Shown here: piece by piece, positions 26,901 to 38,900 of the stretch
How the letters are laid out: each line of letters begins with the position of its first letter
How positions within the stretch are numbered: the stretch's first letter is position 1
Source: Antedon mediterranea
Taxonomy: Eukaryota; Animalia; Echinodermata
Length of the DNA stretch: 64,000 nucleotides
NCBI RefSeq assembly: GCF_964355755.1
Contig: NC_092673.1
Location: 15,038,948-15,102,947 of the forward strand
Reading direction: 5' to 3'
The notes under the pieces: generated by a model
Database searches by the model: none
Seen by the model: only the letters and a program-made list of their open reading frames with translations
What the model was told of the DNA's origin: nothing
Position numbers and translations under genes: made by a program

Positions 26901-29900
26901 ACTGGCTCTCAGTCTGTTAAATAAAAATAATGATTCAACAGATGTGATGGGTACTGGTGCTTGCTATTCTGTAAATAATAACACACACCTACCATTAAAC
27001 TGATTATTATTATTATATTAATATAGTAGAATGACAAATTGTGATTCAATTCAACCATGGGGGAGTTTATCCATGAAGGAAGATGAATAGTGCCATGGTT
27101 CAATTGGTACCCAAGTACCAAGACCTGTACTACCACAAAGAGCAGATTATATCAATGATTAGCGGTTTTGTTTGATGTGACTGGTTAAGTTCTAAAATTA
27201 GCTTCATTCTTCACAAACATCTTTTGAAAAGAGTATAACTACAAAAGTTTAAAACATAAAAAAGATAATGATGTCAATAAAAGTTCAACAGAAGAATTTA
27301 ACATTTTAACTGTACATTGTTTCATAGGCAGATTCTAGGAGGAGCCCCGTCGGCCCGGCCCCACCCTAAATTTTTCAAATTGTAATGCAAAAGATAGGAC
27401 ACTCATTTCAGTTTGGTACTGTACCTAAAATTTGCCATTTTTAGGCCCATGGGCCTGGATCCGCCACTGTGTTTAGTTAAAATGTTTTATAGATTGGTTG
27501 GTTTCTATCGGGGAAGAGTGAAATTGTAATGTTTGCTATAGTATACAAATAATGAATGTTTATGAGTGCAATGGTACAAATAATGGCACGAGGTAAATGA
27601 TGAAAGGTTATATCAACGAGGCAAAGCCGAGTTGATATAACCTTTCATCATTCACCAAGTGCCATTATTTGTACCATTACACGAATACAAAACATTCATT
27701 ATTTGTTTTATATAACATCTAAATAAATTCTAGTTATTTGAATCAAATAAAAGGTAGCCCTAGCCAAAGCTTACTACATTTCATTCACACACATTTGATT
27801 AAAAACAGTAACATTTGGTTTTTAATAATGTTATATTAAATGTTATATTTATATGGATTTCGTAAACACACCTACTTTTGTGTTAATTATGTCAACAAAC
27901 GACCAAACAATCCTAGGCCTAGCAAGGCTAAAACGCCTAGGCTAGGCCTAGCCTAATACTAGCATGGCCTAGGCTAGACCTAGTAGCCTAGTACTAGCTT
28001 GGCTGAAAGGCAAAACTTCGACAGACAATTGGAACTTATCTTAAAGCTAATTATGGTTTTTCCAACAATTCCACGTCTTGTAGGGATGTCCCCATTAATT
28101 AATCAAAATCCTAAAAACGATCTAAAGCTAATTTAAATGCCTTTTTAAATGAAATTAGTACATAATGTCCAAATCGTACACAAATATCTGCTGCTGTTGC
28201 ATATCTCGCGGTGGTGTTTACAAATGAAACTGAGACCAGACGACAGGTGGCGCTGTTGTATTTCACAGTACATAGCCATATCATAGGATAATTTGTGTAC
28301 TAGATTTTTTTTCATCCGCGAGACGTTTTTTTTTTCGTACACAAAAATGTTTCAAAAAGTACTATTTAACGATCGTTGAATAGTGCGTACTATTGCACGC
28401 CATGTGACCCACATTCGTCCAATCAAATGACAGGAATTTATATAGGTGTTATATAATACTGTATAATGAAGGTGTGAATGAGATATATTAACACATACTG
28501 CACAGTAGTTATAGTAGTAGTATATACAGAATGACAAAAGGCGTCTTCTATTAGAAGGATTCAGTCTTTGATACAGGTAGGAATTCAATGGTGACAAAAT
28601 CAATAGATTAGAATTAGACACACCTACTGAACAGTACAGTATAATGATATTATAATATAGTGCATTGTGTGGTTTCCAAGAAGTTCATTGAATTTACTTT
28701 ACCAACTGTACACAGTATCCAGTCAAACTGTGTTTAAATTTTAATGCATGTTTCACATCACAATACTTTGGTATTGTTATTATTTGCCTCCGCCAAGGAG
28801 GTAATGTAATCGGTAGGGTGTGTTTGTTAGTTTGTTTGTTTGTTTGTTTGTTAGCAGGATTACTCAAAAAGTAATTACAAGATCTTTACCAAAATGAATA
28901 GACAGATAGATATGTGGTCAAGGACCATTCCATTAAAATTTGGGACCACAGTCCAAATTCTGGACCACTTTTTAGTATACTTTTTTAGACCTGCTAGTGT
29001 TAAAAGATAGGACAGAATTTTTCAAAAGCCGGCGAGCAGTCTTAAAGTAACAAGTAAACTGAAATTGCATTTTCTCGAGAACTACTTGTCCAAAAAACTT
29101 CATTTTTGAACAAGAGGCAAGAGTTATAATTTGTGATTTGTAATTTTAAAACATAATTTGATTTCATGTGTACGTTTTTTGATGCGAGTAGTTTAAAAAA
29201 CCTATTTCTTTTCAAATTCACTCGTTTGATTTTCGCGTTGCTGAACTGAAGCTATTGTTAATTGAAAGGCTTGTTACATAACCATTACACCAAACTTGCA
29301 TACACGGAGTGGCTTTCTAGTTATAATTGTAAACACTTGAAAATTATTTATCCTTTATTACTCAAAAAAAAAAAAAAGTTTTATTTCCAATTATTTTTTT
29401 TCAAGAACTCGTAAAACTCGGTACCTTGTCCGGAATTGATTTCTAAATTATGAGAACTGAACAATTGCTTACTACGCCAAATCATTTAGGAATACATTAA
29501 ACTAACTTGTTGTCTTGCACTGTACACATTTCATATTGTACTTTCTCAACACCAAATTATGAATATTACATGAAAAATGCACCTCACTAGAAGTAAACTA
29601 CAGTTTATACTCAATCAATCAAATCAATCAAAAAAAGTTTAAAAAAATACATTTTGGTCTGGCTCTCAGTCTATTAAATAAAAATAATGATTCAACAGAT
29701 GTGATGGGTACTGGTGCATGTTATTCTGTAAATAATAACACACACCTACCATTAAACTGATTATTATTATATTAATATAGTAGAATGACAAATTGTGATT
29801 CAATTCAACCATGGTGGAGTTTATCCATGGAGGAAGATGAATAGTGCCATGGTTCAATTGGTACCCAAGTACCAAGACCTGTACTACCACAAAGAGCAGA

Positions 29901-32900
29901 TTATATCAATGATTAGCGGTTTTGTTTGATGTGACTGGTTAAGTTCTAAAATTAGCTTCATTCTTCACAAACATCTTTTGAAAAGAGTATAACTACAAAA
30001 GTTTAAAACATAAAAAAGATAATGATGTCAATAAAAGTTCAACAGAAGAATTTAACATTTTAACTGTACATTGTTTCATAGGCAGATTCTAGGGGGAGCC
30101 CCGTCGGCCCGGCCCCACCCTAAATTTTTCAAATTGTAATGCAAAAGATAGGACACTCATTTCAGTTTGGTACTGTACCTAAAATTTGCCATTTTTAGGC
30201 CCATGGGCCTGGATCCGCCACTGTGTTTAGTTAAAATGTTTTATAGATTGGTTGGTTTCTATCGGGGAAGAGTGAAATTGTAATGTTTGCTATAGTACTG
30301 TATAATGAAGGTGTGAATGAGATATATTAACACATACTGCACAGTAGTTATAGTAGTAGTATATACAGAATGACAAAAGGCGTCTTCTATTAGAAGGATT
30401 CAGTCTTTGATACAGGTAGGAATTCAATGGTGACAAAATCAATAGATTAGAATTAGACACACCTACTGAACAGTACAGTATAATGATATTATAATATAGT
30501 GCATTGTGTGGTTTCCAAGAAGTTCATTGAATTTACTTTACCAACTGTACACAGTATCCAGTCAAACTGTGTTTAAATTTTAATGCATGTTTCACATCAC
30601 AATACTTTGGTATTGTTATTATTTGCCTCCGCCAAGGAGGTAATGTAATCGGTAGGGTGTGTTTGTTAGTTTGTTTGTTTGTTTGTTTGTGTGTCATCAC
30701 TCTAGCGCTCACAGTTTTGATGCGAATGACTCCAAATTACTACCATACATGTCACCTGGTGCAAGGACGACACTGCCCAATTTTGGTTGAAATCTGGACC
30801 ACGGTCCCAATTCTGGACCACTTTTAAAAATTATGTTCAGACCTGCTAGTGTTAAAAGATTGGACAGAATTATCAAAATCCGGTGAGCAGTCTTAAATTA
30901 ACAAGTAAACTACTAAAATTGCATTTTCTCGAGAACTACTTGTCCAAAAAACTTCATTTTTGTACAAGAGGCAAGTGTTATAAATTTTGATTTGTAATTT
31001 TAAAACATAATTAGATTTAATGTACAGGTTTTTTGATGCGAATAGTTTTAAAAACCTATTTCTTTTCAAATTCACCCGTGTGTTTTTCCCGCGTGCTGTT
31101 CTATTGTTCGGTTCGGTTTGTGTGTGTGACGTGTTTGTCATCGCTCTATCGCCCACAATGGTAAATACACATAGGAATCTTTCTTCAAATGTTAGTCAGT
31201 TGTGTATGGCTCGGTGGACTGTGCTGGTGTCTACAGCATTTAAGTTACCGAGATCGAGTCTCACCTTGGGAAATGAAACGAAATGAGATTTTTTTTTTAT
31301 TATTCGTATTGTTTGTTCAAGTATATTTCTTAGTATATAAATTATACGGCTGATTTATAATTACATCTAGAGAAATTATGTCTCTATTTTTATGTTACAT
31401 AGGAGGTTTATTACTTGGCCAAATTGAAAATTGGCCAAGTATGTTGATTGGTGCGGTTTGTGTGTTTGTTACTTGGCCAAATTGAAAATTGGCCAAGTAT
31501 GTTGATCTGTTTGGTTTGTGTGTGTGTTTGTTACTTGGCTTGGCCAAATTGAAAATTGCCCAAGTATGTTGATTGGTGCGGTTTGTGTGTGTGTTTGTTA
31601 CTTGGCCAAATTGAAAATTGGCCAAGTATGTTGATCTGTTTGGTTTGTGTGTGTGTTTGTTTGTTTGTTTGTTTGTTACTTGGCCAAATTGAAAATTGGC
31701 CAAGTATGTTGATCTGTTTGGTTTGTGTGTTTGTTTGTTTGTTTGTTTGTTTGTTTGTCATCACTCTAGCGCTCACAGTTTTGATTCGAATGACTTCAAA
31801 TTACTACCATACTGTACATGTCACCTGGTGCAAGGACGACACCGCCCAATTTTGGTTAAAATCTGGACCCCGGTTCCAATTCTGGGCCACTTTTAAAAAT
31901 TATTTTCAGACCTGCTAGTGTTAAAAGATAGGACGGAATTATCAAAAGCCGGTGAGCAGTCTTAAATTAACATGTAAACTTAAATTGCATTTTCTCGAGA
32001 ACTACTTGTCCAAAAAACTTCATTTTTGTACAAGATGCAAGAGTAATAATTTGTGATTTGTAATTTTAAAACTGAATTTGATTTAATATACAGGTTTTTT
32101 GATGCGAGTATTTACAAAAACCTATTTCTTTTCAAATTCACCCGTGTGTCTTTCGCGTTGATGTTCTATTGTTAGCCGACTGAAGCTATTGTTCGTTGAA
32201 AGGCTGGTTACATACACCAAACTCGTATACACATGATTGTACTGAAATTAGCCTAAATCACACAGCATAAGACACACACTTTTGGTGAAATTTGGGTCAA
32301 TGTCAGGAGGCCAATTTTGATTTGGCCAAGTATCGCGCTATGCGCGAAGGCTAGTTTGTTTGTTACTTGGCCAAATTGAAAATTGGCCAAGTATGTTGAT
32401 TGGTGCGGTTTGTGTGTTTGTTTGTTTGTTTGTTTGTCATCACTCTAGCGCTCACAGTTTTGATTCGAATGACTCCAAATTACTACCATACATGTCACCT
32501 GGTGCAAGGACGACACTGCCCAATTTTGGTTAAAATCCGGACCACGGTCCCAATTCTGGACCACTTTTAAACATTATTTTCAGACCTGCTAGTGTTAAAA
32601 GATAGGACAGAATTATCAAAAGCCGGTGAGCAGTCTTAAATTAACAAGTAAACTTAAATTGCATTTTCTCGGGAACTACTTGTCCAAAAAACTTCATTTT
32701 TGTACAAGAGGCAAGAGTTATAATTTGTGATTTGTAATTTTTAAACTGAATTAGATTTAATGTAGAGGTTTTTTGATGCGAGTAGTTTACAAAACCTATT
32801 TCTTTTCAAATTCACCCGTGTGTTTTTCGCGTTGGTGTTCTATTGTTAGCCGACTGAAGCTATTGTTCGTTGAAAGGCTGGTTACATAACCTGTACACCA

Positions 32901-35900
32901 AACTCGTATACACATGATTGTAGTTAAATTAGCCTAAATCACACAGCATAAGACATACACTTTTGGTGAAAATTGGGTCAATGTCAGGAGGCCAATTTTG
33001 ATTTGGCCAAGTATCGCGCTATGCGCGAAGGCTAGTTTGTTTGTTTGTTTGTTTGTTTGTTTGTATGTTTGTTTGTTTGTTTGTTTGTCATCACTCTGGC
33101 GCTCACAGTTTTGATTCGAATGACTCCAAATTACTACCATACATGTTACCTGGTGCAAGGACGACACTGCCCAATTTTGGTTAAAATCTGGACCACTTTT
33201 AAAAATTATTTTCAGACCTGCTAGTGTTAAAAGATAGGACAGAATTATCAAAATCCGGTGAGCAGTCTTAAATTAACAAGTAAACTGAAATTACATTTTC
33301 TCGAGAACTACTTGTCCAAAAAACTTCATTTTTGTACAAGAGGCAAGTGTTATAATTTGTGATTTGTAATTTTAAAACATAATTAGATTTAATGTACAGG
33401 TTTTTTGATGCGAATAGCTTTAAAAACCTATTTCTTTTCAAATTCACCCGTGTGTTTTTTCCGCGTGCTGTTCTATTGTTCGGTTCGGTTTGTGTGTGTG
33501 TTTGTCATCGCTCTATCGCTCACAATGGTAAATACACATAGGAATCTTTCTTCAAATGTTAGTCAGTTGTGTATGGCTCGGTGGTCTGTGCTGGTGTCTA
33601 CAGCATTTAAGTTACCGAGATCGAGTCTCACCTTGGGAAATGAAACGAAATCAGATTTTTTTTTATTGTTTGTTCAAGTATATTTCTTAGTATATAAATT
33701 ATACGGCTGATTTATAATTAAATCTAGAGAAATTATGTCTCTATTTTCATGTTACATGGGAGGTTTATGACATATACTGAACTTTGATCAGGTTAAAATC
33801 GGTCAAGGTCAAGTTTGTTTAGGAGGGCAATTTTGATTTGGCCAAGTATCGCGCTATGCGCGAAGGCTAGTTTGTTACTTGGCCAAATTGAAATTGGCCA
33901 AATTGAAATTGGCCAAGTATGTTGATCTGTTTGTTTGTGTGTGTGTGTTTGTTTGTTTGTTTGTTTGTTTGTTTGTTTGTTTGTCATCACTCTAGCGCTC
34001 ACAGTTTTGGTTCGACTGACTCCAAATTACTACCATACATGTCACCTGGTGCAAGGACAACACTGCCCAATTTTGGTTAAAATCCGGACTACGGTCCCAA
34101 TTCTGGACCACTTTTAAAAATTACTTTCAGACTTGCTAGTGTTAAAAGAAAGCACAGAATTATCAAAGGCCGGTGAGCAGTCTTAAATTAACAAGTAAAC
34201 TAAAATTGCATTTTCTCGAGAACTACTTCTCCAAAAAACTTCATTTTTGTACAAGAGGCAAGAGTTATAATTGGTGATTTGTAATTTTAAAACATAAATT
34301 GATTTAATACTAGAGGGTGAGCTCGCTTCGCTCGCTCCCCCTCTAGGAAGTGTAGACGATGGTTCTCGGAATGATAATGTTCTCCAAAATGCTTGACATT
34401 CTTAAAACTAAACTACTTTGTTTCACAGTGGTTTAGATGATTAATAACATTTTAAAGTATAGTTTTTATTGTTTGGTAGGGCCCTTTGGGGAGGCGGAGG
34501 TCATTTGAGGGAGGTGCTTATTCGAGGGATATATGTTAAATTTTTTAGTTCTAATAATATGGTAACATTTATAATCAAATGAAATCCTCTCATAGATATG
34601 AAAAGTGGTAAAAAAGAATAACAAATGCTTGGTAAATTGCAGATAACAGTGCGGTGAATTCTACTACAAATAGTATAATTGTGTTATTATAAATATGTGG
34701 ATGGACGTTTATTAGATAGTTGGGTTGTGGGGGGGGAGGGGGGGGGGGGGTTATTATTCAAAGTGATGTTTTATTGGAGAGGCGTTTATTCAAATGAATA
34801 CCATCCTAATAATTATTAATACATTATTTAATTTAATCATCTTTTGAAACTAACTGCCGTGACAGAGTGGGCCCAAGACATTACGGCTTGCAACATGGGC
34901 AGACATCTCGGTCCTAACGGGACACAGGAAGATAGCCTACAGTTATTCCTGCAAGCTTACTCAATAAAACTCAGCTATCGGGATTTCACTCGAAAAATGT
35001 CTTATCAAATCTCCCTATGTAATTTTATAATACTATTCCCACAATATATTCTGATTCTTTATGGCGTATATTTAATTTGATCTTTATTAATTTGCAGTAT
35101 AATTCCTATTATTTAACTACTGTACCTTCACAAACGTGTGGTATGTTTTAAAATAAACAAAAAACTGAAATGGCTATGATTAATGGCCAATTTTTTTTTC
35201 GTCTTCCAAAGGGACACTGTAAGGCCCTGTTCAGACCCATGGCGTTAGACAGTTTTAGCGTACAACGTTACTATCAAGGTCACGTTACAAACCGCAGAGA
35301 AAAAAATGAGGTGTTCAGACCCATAGCGTACGATTATCGTTACAACGGAAGTACGTCATCCAGGTTGTTTCTAGTTGCATATTCATGTGCTCTTACCCAC
35401 ATGTTTTCATCATTATTTCCACTGTATATAGGCCTAGATCTCAGCCCTACAATTATGACAAAATTTGCCATAAATAAAACATACCTTAGCATTTATTTAA
35501 GAAAAATATAGTAAAGCCAAATTTCTGTTTCTATTGTTTTTATTTTGTAGTAAAAAACATTCTCCCCAGGCTCTTGTGTTACGAAAATAAAGCAGGCCTC
35601 GTAATGATGAAAAAAAATATGATTGTGATTAGTCTATCCAGTCCAGTCAAAGATATATATTCTTTGGTCCAGTCGGTTAAAAATATCCCTTAACTTGCTA
35701 ATAAAAGGGACACAGCTCCCCTTGTTTGTTTACTGATTTTTTTAGGAGTTAGGGGGTTTTCAGCATTAAACTTGTCCAGTCTAGTCTGCCTTGTATGAAT
35801 GAGTGACTCGATGTCCCACGCTAGTTTTTAGCTTGAATGAAATGCGTGAATGGCTCTAGGCCTAGCTAGGCCTAAAATCGGATGGGATCGTAGTCCCTAT

Positions 35901-38900
35901 GTTTAAATACAAGGTGCATGTATTTATGTCATTTGTTAGAAAATATAATGGTAATCAGTTGATAATAGTTTGTAGCCTTTGTAACAGTTGTATTTGTAGT
36001 GTAGTTAGGCCTTATTTATTCTGGCCTTTTTGTTATTGAAATCCATCTCACACATTGACGATACAAGATGTCAGCCTAGATCAAACCTTGTTTCGCGTCA
36101 TAACAGGAAACGTTCTGATTGGATACAACGTTGACTTACAGTAGCGTCGTACGCTAAAACGGTACTATCAACCGTTTTCCACTACAACGCTACAACCGTT
36201 GTACGACTCGTTGTACGCTAATCCCCAACTGTTCAGACACACATTCTTTTAGCGTCGTACGCTAAAACGGTCTAACGCCATGGGTCTGAACAGGGCCTTA
36301 ATTGATTGATGGAAAGTGCCTGTTTCCAGTCACCTTTATAGGGTCAAATCTATTATTTTAACTGCTCCCTTGTGTATAAAAGAGAGAAAATATTTGGTGA
36401 ACTTATCTTAAACCCGGAAATTACTTTGACTGGGAAGAATTGAAATTGAGAGGAAAATCCAATGTTGAAATCATAAATGTTGTTAAAAAACTCTTTATAA
36501 TATCTTCCTAAGATATAAATATGGAACAATAGCGTCGGCGTGCACACTAATGTTATCAAATCTACGTTTCGCGGTACATCTCGGATAGATAAGGTAGGTA
36601 TCCAAGGCGGAGATTTGTACCGAAGTTTTTGCATTGTGCTCGCCTATGTCAGAATTAACATAATTTATATATAGATACAGGTTTACAAAACCTATTTCTC
36701 TTTTTTTTTTCACCAGTGTGTTTTTCGCGTTGCTGTTCTATTGTTCGGTTTGTGTGTGTGTTTGTCATCACTCTATCGCTCACAATGGTAAATACACATA
36801 GGAATCTTTCTTCAAATGTTAGTCAGTTGTGTATGGCTCGGTGGTCTGTGCTGGTGTCTACAGCATTTAAGTTACCGAGATCGAGTCTCACCTTTGGAAA
36901 TGAGACGAAATCAGATTTTTTTTATATTATTTGTATTGTTTGTTCAAGTATATTTCTTAGTATATAAATTATACGGCTGATTTATAATCAAATCTAGAGA
37001 AATTATGTCTCTATTTTTATGTTACATGGGAGGTTTATGACATATACTTAACTTTGATCGGGTTAAAATCGGTCAAGGTCAAGTGTGTTTAGGAGGCCAA
37101 TTTTGATTTGGCCAAGTATCGCGCTATGCGCGAAGGCTAGTTTGTTTGTTTGTTTGTTTGTCATCACTCTAGCGCTCACAGTTTTGATTCGAATGACTCC
37201 AAATTACTACCATACATGTCACCTGGTGCAAGGACGACACTGCCCAATTTTGGTTAAAATCTGGACCACGGTCCCAATTCTGGACCACTTTTAAAAATTA
37301 TGTTCAGTCCTGCTAGTGTTAAAAGATTGTACAGAATTATCAAAATCCGGTGAGCAGTCTTAAATTAACAAGTAAACTACTAAAATTGCATTTTTGTCGA
37401 GAACTACTTGTCCAAAAAACTTCATTTTTGTACAAGAGGCAAGTGTTATAATTTGTGATTTGTAATTTTAAAACATAATTAGATTTAATGTACAGGTTTT
37501 TTGATGCGAATAGTTTTAAAAACCTATTTCTTTTCAAATTCACCAGTGTGTTTTTCGCGTTGCTGTTCTATTGTTAGCCGACTGAAGCTATTGTTCGTTG
37601 AAAGGCTGGTTACATAACCTGTACACCAAACTCGTATACACATGATAGTAGTGAAATTAGCCTAAATCACACAGCATAAGACACACACTTTTGGTGCAAA
37701 TTGGGTCAATGTCAGGAGGCCAATTTTGATTTGGCCAAGTATCGCGCTATGCGCGAAGGCTAGTTTGTTTGTTTGTTTGTTTGTTAGCAGGATTACTCAA
37801 AAAGTAATTACAAGATCTTTACCAAAATGAATAGACAGATAGATATGTGGTCAAGGACCATTCCATTAAAATTTGGGACCACAGTCCCAATTCTGGACCA
37901 CTTTTTAGTATACTTTTTTAGACCTGCTAGTGTTAAAAGATAGGACAGAATTTTTCAAAAGCCGGCGAGCAGTCTTAAAGTAACAAGTAAACTGAAATTG
38001 CATTTTCTCGAGAACTACTTGTCCAAAAAACTTTTTGAACAAGAGGCAAGAGTTATAATTTGTGATTTTGTAATTTTAAAACATAATTTGATTTCATGTG
38101 TACGTTTTTTGATGCGAGTAGTTTAAAAAACCTATTTCTTTTCAAATTCACTCGTTTGATTTTCGCGTTGCTGAACTGAAGCTATTGTTAATTGAAAGGC
38201 TTGTTACATAACCATTACACCAAACTTGCATACACGGAGTGGCTTTCTAGTTATAATTGTAAACACTTGAAAATTATTTATCCTTTATTACTCAAAAAAA
38301 AAAAAAAGTTTTATTTCCAATTATTTTTTTTCAAGAACTCGTAAAACTCAAGTTAAAAAAAACTAAACATTTTGAATGTAAAGTGTTTTCACTTGATTTG
38401 TTTTATTATCTACTCAAATACAGTATTCTATTGAGATGTTTATGATTCCTACTATATAATACAATCCGATTGTTGAGGTTTTTTTATAGAGGCGCTCTGT
38501 GGTGTTGAGAGTATCATCATAGTTTTCATGAACCAATATTGGTTGTTTACCTATAGTACTCTACTTCCAAGTTTAAAGATTACTATGTGTTTTTATGGCC
38601 TAAATTCCTTTAGAATTTTCATTGGAAAGTACTAGTGCACACATTTCTAAAATTGAAATCTAATAATTAATTTCATAATGTGTATTTATCATGGGTGGAT
38701 CTAGGATTCTGATAAAAAGGGTTTTATAGACCATATTTAATAGTCTATACGGAACTGTTTTTTTTTGGTGCCTAAAGCCTGTTTTCCTTTCTCAAATTTT
38801 ACACATTTTTTACGCGATCGTTAATGGTTTCTTGGTTCTTTCGACGTTGCTGGGACACACATGGATGTGAAGTTTTGCAAAGCCAAGGCCGGTCACGCGC

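Larger units (their letters stand above)
34310..36675 (-). mobile_element. Non-autonomous Helitron
   Basis: Minus strand starts TCTATATATA and ends with hairpin (ctagagggggagc...gcgaagc...gctcaccctctag) + CTAG; inserted between A and T of host gatttaata|tacagg; no TSD. Confidence 0.85.
30691..37763 (+). mobile_element. Nested array of HINE family B elements
   Basis: 7 heads (ttacttggccaaattgaaaattggccaagt), 6 bodies, 5 tails (tttggccaagta-tcgcgc tat gcgcga-aggCTAGt), nearly all joined at (GTTT)n. Confidence 0.85.
26670..38349. repeat. Tandem duplication of a ~1.8-kb intronic unit: copy A 26670..29419, copy B 29418..38349
   Basis: Near-identical sequence from tcggtaccttgtccgg to gtaaaactc; duplicated ORFs 26909 and 29666; each copy carries different insertions. 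Confidence 0.92.

Noticed and set aside
26909-29890. Twin minus-strand ORFs MVVQVLVLGYQLNHG...
   Set aside because: Explained by the tandem duplication; no recognisable domain or splice support.
31411-31740. CRISPR-like look: palindromic ~38-bp repeats with variable spacers
   Set aside because: The spacers are GT/GTTT microsatellite, the repeats are HINE heads, the context is a eukaryotic intron and there are no cas genes.
30893-37543. Recurrent ORFs (MVNTHRNLSSNVSQLCMARW, TNKQTNKQ etc.)
   Set aside because: Chance frames in repeated HINE bodies and microsatellites; no Rep/helicase motifs, inconsistent starts and stops.
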